A DNA stretch of 64,000 nucleotides from an uncultured candidatus Porisulfidus sp. (lineage in GTDB: Bacteria; Pseudomonadota; Gammaproteobacteria; Poriferisulfidales; Poriferisulfidaceae), in the NCBI GenBank assembly GCA_965204575.1, contig OZ241993.1, forward strand, positions 800,001 to 864,000. The letters run 5' to 3'. The position numbers and the translations under genes were made by a program. The notes beneath the pieces were generated by a model. That model ran no database searches. It saw nothing but the letters and a program-made list of their open reading frames with translations, and was not told where the DNA came from. This document shows positions 13,346-23,424 of this stretch, in pieces (the first letter of the stretch is position 1; each line of letters opens with the position of its first letter).

Positions 13346-13813
13346 TCATACTTCAACTCCTTTACCTTGTTGTATGGCACTCCGGAACTGCATCGGATCA
13401 TCGATAATAGGGGTTGTCAGTGATCCAATTCCCGTCCCTCGACATGACACTTTCCCATAGCCCAGTATCCGGCCCGTTACACCTTGCTTCAAGTTTACGC
13501 CCTCAATTCGAGTTAATGCGATCTCATTGGTAGTTCTCGCAATTAAGCCTGTCTTATAAACCACTCGACTACTCGTAATCACGATTTCGGTAGTGCGCTT
13601 CGTAATCCACATTAGAATTCCTGCAAAGGTTAGTAGAGAGCCAAATCCCCACAACACAAGCATTTGTGAGGAATCTATCAGTATTGTGAGAAACAAAGGA
13701 ATTCCAACAAATAAACACATCACAATGTTCAGGGTGTAGGTCCAGTGAAACTTAGCTTCATACGCAATTGTTTCATTTTTTGCAAGAGTGGATTCCACAT
13801 ATTTTCTAGGCAT
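13346..13813 (-). CDS. Membrane-anchored bacterial PH-domain protein
   Basis: Two TM segments then TEIVITSSRVVYKTGLI.R...EI....IEGV..KQG..GRILGYG; AT-rich DNA. Confidence 0.75.
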   Translation of the reverse strand: MPRKYVESTLAKNETIAYEAKFHWTYTLNIVMCLFVGIPLFLTILIDSSQMLVLWGFGSLLTFAGILMWITKRTTEIVITSSRVVYKTGLIARTTNEIALTRIEGVNLKQGVTGRILGYGKVSCRGTGIGSLTTPIIDDPMQFRSAIQQGKGVEV

Positions 13814-13930
13814 CTTCTCAGTCCCGAATGTAACTGCCCAAAATGCTCGGGCATCAGTATGCTAGGGCTATGTAACTAGACGCCACTTTATTACATTTTT
13901 ACTTTTGATTCATACTGCAAACTTTTGATG

Positions 13931-14761
13931 CTAGTATGGATCAGTTCCACCATAAGGCAGCATACTAACAAGTTCTTGTGGAGCTTCAACCATATAGCGT
14001 AGCAATAACATAACAAAAAGAGACCATGGCTCCGTAGCTTCATAACAGCATAGCCTACTACCGGGAGTAGGGAGGAGATCAATTGATTGATTTGATGGTA
14101 TGCCACCCACAATTTCGCCGGAAACATTGAGCAACATGTTTTGGTTACTTGTCGCTTTGAGGGCGGCTACAGTGTCAATCCTCTCATGGATCGCTAGATT
14201 TTTGGTTGACACAATGCGCTCATATACGGGTATTAGACGTTCTATTTTTATACTTTCAGCAGCGATGCAGAAGAATATGGACTGCCAATTATTGTGGCTA
14301 CTCCCAAACAAAGTATGAGTTGTATTTATAGGGCTAGGCTGTAATACATAAGCTTTTCGATGTAGTTTTTTGTAACTCAAACATTTGTCAAAACTATTCT
14401 TAAATTCAAATGCATTGAGGCTGGCTTTAATTTCTCCACAGGCATATGTTGCCTCTACAGGAAACATTTGAGCACCGGTGCCCGTAAAAATGCGGGGAGT
14501 ATTCAGCCTGTTGTACAGGATGATATCCATCTGTCTTGACACACCACCAATCGAATCTACAACAAACCCATTTGACACACCCACTTGTTCTGGCAATACC
14601 TCTTCCAATTGAGATCGAAATTGTTGCTCGATTAATGCTCCTGTCTCGCCTGAGTGGGGTATGGAACTCCGAATTTGATCAATAGCAGCGGTTAACTTGT
14701 TTTGAGTGGTGGATAACACGTTGCGGTATAGCGATATGGTCATTTGTAAAAACCCCGACAA
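13931..14761 (-). CDS. DUF6602-like protein, putative PD-(D/E)xK nuclease fold
   Basis: H.GETG...E, GFVVDS.G..SRQMDIILY, FPVEA..A.GEIK; AT-rich DNA. Confidence 0.68.
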   Translation of the reverse strand: MSGFLQMTISLYRNVLSTTQNKLTAAIDQIRSSIPHSGETGALIEQQFRSQLEEVLPEQVGVSNGFVVDSIGGVSRQMDIILYNRLNTPRIFTGTGAQMFPVEATYACGEIKASLNAFEFKNSFDKCLSYKKLHRKAYVLQPSPINTTHTLFGSSHNNWQSIFFCIAAESIKIERLIPVYERIVSTKNLAIHERIDTVAALKATSNQNMLLNVSGEIVGGIPSNQSIDLLPTPGSRLCCYEATEPWSLFVMLLLRYMVEAPQELVSMLPYGGTDPY

Positions 14762-14815
14762 TCAAAAATGAAGCCTAATTTTTGAAATTAATATATCTTC
14801 GTGGGAAACAAATTT

Positions 14816-15811
14816 TTAGCCATGATTGATGCGAACGAGAGTGCGGCCACGAGCGCGGCCTTCAATGTAAAGCGGGAACCGGCCAGGCAAATCCTCCAAA
14901 TCAATCGTGTCTTCTACCAGCGGTTCCAGGTCTTCCGGCTGAAGGATCCCGAATAACTGGTTCCAGGCGCGATGACGCCGTTCCATCGGGCAGTTGGCCG
15001 AGGTCACGCCCAGGATGCTGACTCCGCGAAGGATGAACGGGATGACGGAGCCCCGGAACTCGTTGCCGGTGGCGCGCCCGATACTAACCACGCTGCCCCA
15101 GGGCTGGGTCATGCGCACCAGCAAAGGCAGGGCGTTACCGCCCAGGTTGTCGATGGCGCCGGCAAATTTGGCCTTCGCCAAGCCATCCGGGTCCGCGGAC
15201 AGGTCGAGAGGTTCCCGGATCTCGCTCGCACCAAGCGCGCGCAAGGCATCATGTGCCTCCGACTTGCCGGTCATGGCAATCGTCGAATAGCCCAGACGGC
15301 TGAGCAGCAGGACGGCCAGGCTGCCGACACCGCCGCTCGCACCGGTCACCAGGACGGGTCCTGTTCCCGGCATGACGTGGTTTTCCTGCAGGCGTTCGAT
15401 GGCCAGCATCGCGGTGAATCCGGCAGTGCCCAGGATGGCCGCCGAGCGCGGGGTGAAGGGGGAAGGGATATCAATGAGAGAATCTCCAGGCACGCGCAGT
15501 CGCTCGGCAAATCCGCCGTCCCGGGTTTCGGACAGCCCGCAACCGGTTATCAGGACCGGTTGTCCGGTCACGAATTTCTCATTCTCGCTGGAGACCACGG
15601 TGCCGGCTGCGTCGATTCCACCGATCAGGGTCGGCACGCGCAGGATCGGGGCCGTGCCGGTCGCGGCCATCGCGTCCTTGTAGTTGATCGCGGAGAACTC
15701 CGGCGCGATCACCACGTCACCGGGGCTCAGTTCCTCCACCGAAACTTGCACGAGTTCGCAGTGGAGCTCTTTTTCGGCCCAGAGGCGCAATGCGCGGTAG
15801 GAATCGCTCAT
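14816..15811 (-). CDS. acuI: YhdH/AcuI-family NADPH quinone/acryloyl-CoA reductase
   Basis: INYKDA, GIDAAG, GTAGFTA, VTGASGGVGS, PFILRGV. Confidence 0.88.
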   Translation of the reverse strand: MSDSYRALRLWAEKELHCELVQVSVEELSPGDVVIAPEFSAINYKDAMAATGTAPILRVPTLIGGIDAAGTVVSSENEKFVTGQPVLITGCGLSETRDGGFAERLRVPGDSLIDIPSPFTPRSAAILGTAGFTAMLAIERLQENHVMPGTGPVLVTGASGGVGSLAVLLLSRLGYSTIAMTGKSEAHDALRALGASEIREPLDLSADPDGLAKAKFAGAIDNLGGNALPLLVRMTQPWGSVVSIGRATGNEFRGSVIPFILRGVSILGVTSANCPMERRHRAWNQLFGILQPEDLEPLVEDTIDLEDLPGRFPLYIEGRARGRTLVRINHG

Positions 15812-16956
15812 GCGCTCAGACCCCGGTACAGTTCGCAGGCACGTGCGTAGGCGGCGTCCGGGTCGGAGTTCAGGACACAGAGGTGCCCCATCTTGCGCCC
15901 GGGGCGTGCCTCCTCCTTGCCGTACAGGTGCAACCGCACGGTTGGGTCGCTTTCAAGCGGCGTCCAGTCGGGTTCGCCGCCGTTCCAAAGGTCTCCCAGC
16001 AGGTTGATCATCACGGCGGGCGTGTGTTGCGTGGGAGCGGCGAGCGGAAGTCCGCACAAAATCCGCGCCTGCTGCTCGAACTGCGAAGCGACGCAGGCAT
16101 CCAGCGTGTAGTGGCCGCTGTTGTGGGGGCGGGGTGCCATCTCGTTGAAGAAGACACCATCGGACGTCACGAAGTATTCGACCGCAAGCACGCCGTGGTA
16201 GTCAAGCGCGTCGGCAATCTTGCGCGCGCTGTCCTGGACCTGTTTCTGGACGATCCCGGAGACATCGGCCGGGGCGCGGGAGCAGTGCAGGATCCCGTTG
16301 CGATGCTCGTTTTCCGCGACCGGATAGGCGACGCTGTATTCGCAATCCCGAGCCACGATGACGGAGACTTCCTGCTGCAGGTCGAGCTGGCGTTCCAGCA
16401 CGCAGGAAACGCTGCCGAACCGGGCGAATGCCGCTTCCGCTTCCTCGGGGGCCCCAACGACTGCCTGGCCCTTGCCGTCGTAGCCCAGGCGGTCGGTCTT
16501 CAAGATGCAGGGAACCCCGACCTGTTCCAGTGCGGCCGGGATCTGCGCTGCGTCCGAAATGGGCTGGTAGGGCACCGGAGGCGTGGCGGGCGTGTGCTCC
16601 GAAGCGAAACGCTTTTCGGCCAGCCGGCTTTGTGCGACGGAGAGGGGCTGGGCATCGGGCCGGACCGTGATCCGGTTGCGCAGGTATTCCACCGCCTGGG
16701 CGGGAACGGCCTCGAATTCGTAACTGGCGGCTTCGCACATCTCGCCGAGCCGGTCCAGCGCATCCGTTTGGTCGTATCCGGCGATCAAGTGTTCATCGGC
16801 AAGAAGCCCGGCCGGGCAGGGATCTTTCGGCTCCAATACGACGACGCGGTAGCCCAGGCGTTGCGCGGCCTCGGTGAACATGCGACCCAACTGGCCGCCG
16901 CCGAGCATGCCGAGATGGGCGCCGGGCGCGAGAGGTTCAGTCGAGTTTCTGCTCAA
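15808..16956 (-). CDS. purK: N5-carboxyaminoimidazole ribonucleotide synthase
   Basis: [42 protein letters not shown]; probable TTG start overlapping purE end. Confidence 0.95.
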   Translation of the reverse strand: MSRNSTEPLAPGAHLGMLGGGQLGRMFTEAAQRLGYRVVVLEPKDPCPAGLLADEHLIAGYDQTDALDRLGEMCEAASYEFEAVPAQAVEYLRNRITVRPDAQPLSVAQSRLAEKRFASEHTPATPPVPYQPISDAAQIPAALEQVGVPCILKTDRLGYDGKGQAVVGAPEEAEAAFARFGSVSCVLERQLDLQQEVSVIVARDCEYSVAYPVAENEHRNGILHCSRAPADVSGIVQKQVQDSARKIADALDYHGVLAVEYFVTSDGVFFNEMAPRPHNSGHYTLDACVASQFEQQARILCGLPLAAPTQHTPAVMINLLGDLWNGGEPDWTPLESDPTVRLHLYGKEEARPGRKMGHLCVLNSDPDAAYARACELYRGLSA

Positions 16957-17434
16957 GGACGGAGCGGGTCTGGGCGTCCCGAAAGGCATCCAGCCGTTCC
17001 GCCAGATCCGGGTCTCCGCCGGCCAGCATTGCCGCCGCGAACAGCGCGGCATTTGCGGCCCCGGGTGCGCCGACGGCGAAAGTGGCAACGGGAATGCCTT
17101 TCGGCATCTGTGCGATCGACAGCAGGGAATCCCAGCCTTGCAGCGCGGTGGCGTTGATGGGAACGCCGAGCACCGGCAACGGGGTCATAGCCGCCAGCAT
17201 GCCGGGCAGGTGCGCGGCTCCGCCGGCACCGGCGATGATGCAGCGAATCCCGCGATCGCGGGCGCCACGGGCGAATTCCGCCATCAGGTCGGGCGTGCGG
17301 TGCGCGGAGACCACCTGCGCGAAGTAAGGAACCTCCAGCGCGTCCAGGTGTTCGGCCGCAGCCTTCATGGTTTCCCAATCGCTGCGGCTTCCCATCACGA
17401 TGGCGACGGGCGGGGCCGGGTCGGGGTTGGTCAT
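16937..17434 (-). CDS. purE: N5-CAIR mutase
   Basis: [35 protein letters not shown]. Confidence 0.97.
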   Translation of the reverse strand: MTNPDPAPPVAIVMGSRSDWETMKAAAEHLDALEVPYFAQVVSAHRTPDLMAEFARGARDRGIRCIIAGAGGAAHLPGMLAAMTPLPVLGVPINATALQGWDSLLSIAQMPKGIPVATFAVGAPGAANAALFAAAMLAGGDPDLAERLDAFRDAQTRSVLEQKLD

Positions 17435-17487
17435 GACGCTTCGGTAACGTTGGCGAAGCAACGAATTATACTCCCCGGTGGTTCATA

Positions 17488-18414
17488 ATGGGCGTTTCCA
17501 CTAGGGTCCCGACGACCGTGTCTCCTGTATTTCGCACTGATCTCGCCCATTTGAAACGCATTGCCGAGGGCAAAGTGCGCGATCTGTACGAAATCGATTC
17601 GCAGCACATGCTGATGGTAGCCACCGACCGGTTGTCGGCCTTTGACGTGGTGCTGCCGACCCCGATCCCGGGAAAAGGGCGAATCCTGACCGCCGTCTCC
17701 GGATTCTGGTTCGACCGCCTGGAGCCGGTCGTGCCGAACCACTGTTGCCCGCTGGGACTGGAGGATTTGCCGCTGGAGCCCGAAGAGCGAACCCTGCTGG
17801 CAGGCCGAAGCCTGCGGGTGCGGAAGCTTGAGCCGCTGCCGGTCGAGGCCGTGGTCCGCGGCTACCTGATCGGGTCGGGCTGGAAGGATTACCAGCGCGA
17901 AGGCCGGGTCTGCGGAATCGACCTGCCGCCCGGTCTGGCTCTGGCCGAGCGCCTGCCGGAACCGTTGTTCACGCCTGCGACCAAGGCCCAGCGGGGAGAG
18001 CACGACGAGAACATCAGTTTCGAAAGAGTGACAGACCTGATCGGAAGGGAACGCGCGGAAGAAGTGCGGGACGTGAGCCTGCGGCTGTACGCCGAGGCGA
18101 GCGCCCATGCCCGCGAATGCGGTGTCATAATCGCGGACACCAAGTTCGAATTTGGCTTGGACGAGGCGGGGACGCTGGTGCTGATCGACGAAGTGCTGAC
18201 GCCGGATTCCTCCCGCTTCTGGGATGCGGACGACTGGCGTGCGGGCGAGAACCCGTACAGTTTCGACAAGCAGTTCGTGCGCGATTGGCTGGAAACCCTG
18301 GAATGGGACAAGCGGCCCCCCGGCCCGGAAATCCCGATTGAAATCGTGGCACGGACCACGGAACGTTACCGACAGATCGGCCGCCGCCTGTGCGGCGGGT
18401 CGATCCCCGACTGA
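17488..18414 (+). CDS. purC: SAICAR synthetase
   Basis: GKVRDLY, TDRLSAFD, DTKFEFG, DEVLTPDSSRFW, SFDKQFVRDWL; true start may be GTG near 17518. Confidence 0.96.
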   Translation: MGVSTRVPTTVSPVFRTDLAHLKRIAEGKVRDLYEIDSQHMLMVATDRLSAFDVVLPTPIPGKGRILTAVSGFWFDRLEPVVPNHCCPLGLEDLPLEPEERTLLAGRSLRVRKLEPLPVEAVVRGYLIGSGWKDYQREGRVCGIDLPPGLALAERLPEPLFTPATKAQRGEHDENISFERVTDLIGRERAEEVRDVSLRLYAEASAHARECGVIIADTKFEFGLDEAGTLVLIDEVLTPDSSRFWDADDWRAGENPYSFDKQFVRDWLETLEWDKRPPGPEIPIEIVARTTERYRQIGRRLCGGSIPD

Positions 18415-18426
18415 AGGAGAGGACTT

Positions 18427-18792
18427 ATGGAAAGAATAGAAGAACCCGGGAAGGCCCCGGAAGTCCGCATTGCGGAATTGGAGAAACTGACCGGCCGCCT
18501 GCGCATTGGCCTGATCCTGATCGGGTCACTGATCCTGTACCAGGGCACTTGGGAAATCGGATTGCTGGGCCCGGTTCGGGTGTACGCGTCGGAGGTTTAC
18601 GCCAGCCAGTTCATCCTGGAAGACGAAGATCAGAAGGTCTACGGTCGCTGGGAGGTGACGGAGGAAGAGGGCCCGGCGCAATTCGTGGTGTTCGGCGATA
18701 GCCGGGACTATATTCGGATCAGCGCGGAAGGCCTGGAGCAGCGAGAGGACCGGGTGGTGCCGGAGTCGGGCATGATTCCACTGGAAAAATAG
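18427..18792 (+). CDS. Hypothetical single-TM protein
   Basis: GGAGAGGA RBS, host-like codon usage, one hydrophobic segment. Confidence 0.7.
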   Translation: MERIEEPGKAPEVRIAELEKLTGRLRIGLILIGSLILYQGTWEIGLLGPVRVYASEVYASQFILEDEDQKVYGRWEVTEEEGPAQFVVFGDSRDYIRISAEGLEQREDRVVPESGMIPLEK

Positions 18793-18832
18793 CCAATCGT
18801 GATAAAATGAACTTTCACCCGTGAGACTCACG

Positions 18833-19276
18833 ATGAAGAGCAAGACACTGACCCGCAGCACGGTCAGCGCCAAACCCGGTGCTGGCAGCTGGTACGTGGT
18901 GGATGCCGCCGACCAGGTCCTGGGGCGCTTGGCGACCCAGGTGGCGCACTGCCTGCGCGGCAAGCACCGCCCCGACTGGACGCCGCATGTGGATGCGGGC
19001 GACCACGTCATCGTGCTCAACGCCTCTTCGGTGCGGGTGACCGGCAACAAGCGGGCCGGCAAGATCTACCACCGCCACACCGGTTATATCGGAAACCTGC
19101 GCAGCGAGTCCTTCGAAGACCTCCAGGAACGTGCCCCCCAGAAAATTATTGAGTTGGCGGTTCGCGGGATGCTTCCCAAGAGCCGGCTGGGCAGCCGCAT
19201 GCTGCGCCGGCTGCATGTCTATTCCGGGGACGAGCATCAGCACGCCGCCCAGCAGCCTGCGGCATTGGAGATCTGA
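18833..19276 (+). CDS. rplM: 50S ribosomal protein L13
   Basis: WYVVDA...LGRLA, LRGKH.P..TPHVD.GD, YHRHTGY.G, GMLPK. Confidence 0.97.
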   Translation: MKSKTLTRSTVSAKPGAGSWYVVDAADQVLGRLATQVAHCLRGKHRPDWTPHVDAGDHVIVLNASSVRVTGNKRAGKIYHRHTGYIGNLRSESFEDLQERAPQKIIELAVRGMLPKSRLGSRMLRRLHVYSGDEHQHAAQQPAALEI

Positions 19277-19278
19277 GC

Positions 19279-19671
19279 ATGGCCGCGTCAGTTTTCCTGG
19301 GCACCGGGCGCCGCAAAGACTCGACGGCCCGCGTGCGGCTGAGCGAGGGCTCCGGGAAAATGCGGGTCAACAACCGCGATCTTAAAGATTATTTCGTCCG
19401 CGAGACCGCCCGCATCCAGGTCTGCCAGCCGCTGGCCGTGTGCGACATGCTGGGCAAGTTTGATCTGGATGCCAAGGTATCCGGCGGCGGCACCAGCGGC
19501 CAGGCCGGGGCCATCAGGCTCGGCATCGCCCGGGCGCTGCTTTCCTACAACGAAGAGAACCGTGCACAACTGCGACAAGGCGGGTTCCTGACCCGTGATT
19601 CAAGAATAGTCGAAAGAAAGAAAGTTGGGTTAAGAAAAGCCCGCAAGGACATTCAGTACTCCAAACGCTGA
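19279..19671 (+). CDS. rpsI: 30S ribosomal protein S9
   Basis: [40 protein letters not shown]. Confidence 0.98.
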   Translation: MAASVFLGTGRRKDSTARVRLSEGSGKMRVNNRDLKDYFVRETARIQVCQPLAVCDMLGKFDLDAKVSGGGTSGQAGAIRLGIARALLSYNEENRAQLRQGGFLTRDSRIVERKKVGLRKARKDIQYSKR

Positions 19672-19680
19672 GTTGAGTCA

Positions 19681-19715
19681 CTGAAACCTTCCGGGTACTT
19701 CTGGAAGGCTTTCAG
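19681..19715 (+). terminator. Hairpin after rpsI, possible terminator
   Basis: CTGAAACCTTCCGG...CTGGAAGGCTTTCAG imperfect inverted repeat. Confidence 0.45.
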
Positions 19716-19828
19716 AATTTTCCAAAACCTAATCTGTCTGGCCGGAACCTGACGCCGGGGTCTTGCGCCTTGGCTGCCAAGTGTCTCGGCGAGGCACCAA
19801 TTTCAACTTCAACCAAATAGGGGAAAAC

Positions 19829-20929
19829 ATGAAAAACTGGAAATTGATTGCTGCCTTTGCGGCAGCTCTAACAGGGACAGCCATGCCGGCTCATGCCGAG
19901 ATCGATCTCTCGGCGAACTTCGGCATCATGTCCGATTACATCTATCGCGGCTTCCATCAGAGCGATGGCGTGGCCAACGGCGGGATTGACCTGGCAACAG
20001 GCCCGTTCTACCTGGGCACCTGGATCGCCGACCTTGATTCCGGCAACGGGATCGAGATCGACGTCTACGGGGGCTTGGCTTTCGAGTTCGATAATGGCTT
20101 CTCGGCGTATGTCGGGTATACCGCCTACCGCTACACGGAGGACGACGACGGGGTCTACACTCCGGCCGACCCTGGTAAACCAGCCGTGTATAGCAGCGCC
20201 TACGAGAAAAGTGTAACGACGGACAAGACGGGCTACAGACTCGGCACAAATGGGAGCAGCACTGTGAAAATCACAGGTGGCGTGTACGAGTATGTCCCAG
20301 ATGATCAGAACGACACTCCTCCGACGGTAAATCTCAATGCCGACAACGATGGGACCTACGTCTGGACGGACGCTGAATATGATGCTCTTGATGCTGCAAC
20401 ACAGGCGAAATACACAAGGGTGACTGAGACTGAAACCGTCAGCAACCGGTACACGCCGACGGAATACGCGGCATTGGAGGATGCGGAGCAGATGGCTTAT
20501 ACGAAGGTTGCCGACTCCGAGGAGGTTGCCGTCAAAGCCGTCGAACCGACCGCAGCCAGTTGCGACAATACCGGGTTCGACAAGGACTACGACGAGATCA
20601 ATGTCGGCGTGGGTTATGCCAAGGGTGATTTCTCGGCCAGCCTGGACTACTCAATCGGTGAGCATGAGAATTTCTGCGGGGCCGAAGACAATGACTACGA
20701 TATCGCCACGCTGACCTTGGACTACAAGGGCGCCTACGTGACGTTCGGCACCTACGGCCTCAGCGAGGACGACGTGGACAAGGGCGAGCCGGAAGGTGAT
20801 TACGTCGAGCTGGGCTATGCCACGACGATCAATGAGATTGATTTCGCGGTTTACCTGGTCGACTCAAACGAAGATATCGATGACGAGACCCGTCTCGGGA
20901 TGAGTGTGAGTTACGGATTCGGGCTGTAA
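19829..20929 (+). CDS. TorF-family putative porin with a large internal insertion
   Basis: Signal peptide (AHA|E), SANFG..SDYIYRG..QS, GGID, EIDVYGG, C-terminal SVSYGFGL beta-signal. Confidence 0.8.
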   Translation: MKNWKLIAAFAAALTGTAMPAHAEIDLSANFGIMSDYIYRGFHQSDGVANGGIDLATGPFYLGTWIADLDSGNGIEIDVYGGLAFEFDNGFSAYVGYTAYRYTEDDDGVYTPADPGKPAVYSSAYEKSVTTDKTGYRLGTNGSSTVKITGGVYEYVPDDQNDTPPTVNLNADNDGTYVWTDAEYDALDAATQAKYTRVTETETVSNRYTPTEYAALEDAEQMAYTKVADSEEVAVKAVEPTAASCDNTGFDKDYDEINVGVGYAKGDFSASLDYSIGEHENFCGAEDNDYDIATLTLDYKGAYVTFGTYGLSEDDVDKGEPEGDYVELGYATTINEIDFAVYLVDSNEDIDDETRLGMSVSYGFGL

Positions 20930-20971
20930 ACGGTTATTGGTAGTACGCTCGAAGCAATCCGGCACCAGGAG

Positions 20972-20996
20972 GGCCTGTCCGCGAAGCGGGCAGGCC
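20972..20996. terminator. Hairpin between convergent porin and tRNA-Ser genes
   Basis: GGCCTGTCCGC-GAA-GCGGGCAGGCC. Confidence 0.5.
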
Positions 20997-21042
20997 TTGC
21001 CTTTTAAGGGATGCCAGCAAGTGAGATTCTCTTTGGTACGTG

Positions 21043-21132
21043 TGGCGGAGAGTGAGGGATTCGAACCCTCGGTACGACAAGTCGCACAACGGTTTTCGAG
21101 ACCGCCCCGTTCGACCACTCCGGCAACTCTCC
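21043..21132 (-). tRNA. tRNA-Ser(CGA)
   Basis: GGAGAGTTG...CTCGAAA anticodon loop, long variable arm, GGTTCGAATCC, 3' CCA. Confidence 0.95.
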
Positions 21133-21347
21133 GCTGCGTAGCGTACCATCCGCCGGGATGCCGCCCTAGTTGGCGGGCTGTGCGGGGGTCAACGAAACGA
21201 CCCGGTTGGTTTGGTTGTAGCTGACAGTTTACGGGCGAGTGGTGGGCACCATTCTTTCAGGAATCTTCATGTAGAATACCAATACTACAAGCCCAAGGCG
21301 CGGAATGCGCTCATCGTGTCACCGTCATACCTGACTCCGAAGAAAAT

Positions 21348-23135
21348 ATGCCTGCTTTTATCCGCTATCCGTTATTTGGCTGCGTCATTTTTGCCCTATC
21401 CGCCTGCGGCAGTTCCGGCAGTTCCAGATTGCTGGAGCCAGCAGCAGCCCCTGCCACGGGAGGATCTGTGCCCGAAGTCCAAAAGGAATACTCCAGTGTG
21501 GATTACCTGCTGGAGGACATTCAGGAAATTCAGGATGCCATAGGCAAGTTTGCCGGCAACCTGCTGCAGGTCTATAGAGACGCAGACGGGAACAAGTATC
21601 TCCTGACGGACGCGAACGTCACCTCCATGAATGTGGATGGCGTGACGAAGCCGACGGGTGTGGAAACGATTCCCGATTTTGCTAATTTATTTGCCGTTTA
21701 CAAGGATGAGAATGAAAACGAGTACCTTCTCACGCCTGCCAACGTGGCCGACATGGATTTGATGGGCGTGGATCTGCCGACGGGTGTTGACACGGCCCCG
21801 GATTTTGCCGACCTGACGAAGGTTCGCGATGGAGACGGTACGGGAGCTACGAGGTTGTCCAAAACACCGACTCAACTTGACAAATTGAGAGACAACATTG
21901 TGCTCATCAGCACCCGGTACCTAAGCACGGGCGCCGTGTTGGCCCAGACTGTCGATGAGAATGTCGAGGACGAACGTCCCGACGCTACGATGCCTGAATC
22001 CACTCCCGTCGCCACTTGCGGGGATGCGAGCGCGACCGGTCCTGCAAAGTGTACGTTTGGCCCGGACTCGCTACGAGAGGATGGAATAATTTTCCATTTG
22101 GGTCGGACAGGGTCTTCGGATAAGAATCGTGTAGGTTTTCGCAGTTTTAAGGCGGACCGCGAACCCGTCATGTCTTACCGCGATGCCGAGATGTCGCAGG
22201 TCAGGCAATTGGAAACCGGAGAGTCTGTCCTCCCGCAGGTGTATAAAGACGAAGACGGGAACAAGTATCTCCTGACGAGCGCCAATGTCACCGGCAAGAA
22301 TCTTGATGATGTGGAGTTGCCGGGCGATGTTACAGAAAGACCGGAATTTGCCGACTTGTTCGCCGTCTACAAGGATGAGGATGATAACGAGTACCTCCTT
22401 ACGCCTGCTAACGTGGCCGGCATGAATCTCGATGACGTGAAGTTGCCGGATGATGTTACAGAAAGACCGGCTTTTGCCGACCTGACGATAGTTCGTGAGG
22501 GAGAAAGCGACGGTTATCAGTACGTTGGCTATGACGGCATGCTGCAATACAGCATGTTCTTTGTCGGAGTGTACCGGTTTTTCGACGAGGATGACGATCT
22601 CGAGCACCTGCGTTTCGAAAATGCCTCGCTGGGCCGGATCTATGACGAGGATTCCATTGAATCCGGTATCCAGTCTCCCAGTGTCGCGTTGACCGGGAAA
22701 GGCGTCATGGTCGGTGTGGAAAGACGAATAACCACCCTAGATAGCCACCTCGTCCAAGGTGACGTGAACATCATGTACGATCCTTCTGTTGAGGCTGATG
22801 CTGATGCTACCCCACCTGTTGAGGCAGCGCCCGCGATGATCGATATCGAAATCGCCAACATTCAGAGGTTGGCTGATGATGGCGAGGCGTGGTACGCAGG
22901 AAATGCTTATGCAGCGGCACTGACCTGGACAAATCTGGAGGTTACGGGTTCCAAATTCTCCGGAGGCGATCTCAATCCACTTACCGCAACCCCAGGGAAA
23001 CTGGAAGGCTCTTTCTACGGCACGAAGGACCGCCCCGAGGTGGGTGGAGTCTTCCACCATGTGGGTGGCTCGCACGAAATCATCGGTTCGTTCGGTTCTA
23101 GGCTTGCGGAGCCGGAGGATGATGATGAGGAATGA
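21348..23135 (+). CDS. Acidic surface lipoprotein with 42-aa repeats and a TbpB-like C-terminal barrel
   Basis: Lipobox LSAC followed by GSSGSS linker; C-terminal LEGSFYG....EVGGVF.....IIGSFG pattern typical of TbpB-like barrels. Confidence 0.75.
   Translation: MPAFIRYPLFGCVIFALSACGSSGSSRLLEPAAAPATGGSVPEVQKEYSSVDYLLEDIQEIQDAIGKFAGNLLQVYRDADGNKYLLTDANVTSMNVDGVTKPTGVETIPDFANLFAVYKDENENEYLLTPANVADMDLMGVDLPTGVDTAPDFADLTKVRDGDGTGATRLSKTPTQLDKLRDNIVLISTRYLSTGAVLAQTVDENVEDERPDATMPESTPVATCGDASATGPAKCTFGPDSLREDGIIFHLGRTGSSDKNRVGFRSFKADREPVMSYRDAEMSQVRQLETGESVLPQVYKDEDGNKYLLTSANVTGKNLDDVELPGDVTERPEFADLFAVYKDEDDNEYLLTPANVAGMNLDDVKLPDDVTERPAFADLTIVREGESDGYQYVGYDGMLQYSMFFVGVYRFFDEDDDLEHLRFENASLGRIYDEDSIESGIQSPSVALTGKGVMVGVERRITTLDSHLVQGDVNIMYDPSVEADADATPPVEAAPAMIDIEIANIQRLADDGEAWYAGNAYAAALTWTNLEVTGSKFSGGDLNPLTATPGKLEGSFYGTKDRPEVGGVFHHVGGSHEIIGSFGSRLAEPEDDDEE
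21567..21818 (+). repeat. Two tandem 126-bp (42-aa) coding repeats, pair A
   Basis: Units start at 21567 and 21693: VY(R/K)D...N(K/E)YLLT.ANV..M...GV..PTGV.T.PDFA.L. Confidence 0.9.
22236..22487 (+). repeat. Two tandem 126-bp (42-aa) coding repeats, pair B
   Basis: Units start at 22236 and 22362: VYKDED.N(K/E)YLLT.ANV.G.NLDDV.LP.DVTERP.FADL. Confidence 0.9.
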
Positions 23136-23304
23136 TGGGTCAGTGATTCAGCGGTCGGGGCGTGAAGCAGCAGTAAAGTGGACCATCTGGCATCAATGCC
23201 GATAATCCCGGACAAGCCCGACGGAGGGCTCGTTATCCGTAGCCTTTCCTGAGTGCGAAGCAGTCCGTGACCTTGATGCAGGTCGGAATCCAAGAACCGG
23301 GAAT

Positions 23305-23378
23305 TGGCTGGGGGAGAGGGATTCGAACCCCCGCTGGCGGAGTCAGAGTCCGCAGTCCTACCACTAGACGATCCCCCA
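23305..23378 (-). tRNA. tRNA-Gln(CTG)
   Basis: TGGGGGATCGTCTAGTGGTAGGAC...CTCTGAC...GGTTCGAATCC...CCA. Confidence 0.95.
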
Positions 23379-23424
23379 GCGGTGCGGTTAAAATTATACG
23401 CTCACCAAGCAGGAGCAATTCCCC

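Noticed and set aside
20340-21620. Possible shared motif between the porin insert (DGTYVWTDA) and the lipoprotein repeats (DGNKYLLTDA)
   Set aside because: Too short and compositionally biased to support homology.
21567-22487. 126-bp repeats as a CRISPR array or DGR template/variable repeat pair
   Set aside because: They are in-frame coding repeats without spacers, differences are not adenine-specific, and there is no reverse transcriptase in the window.
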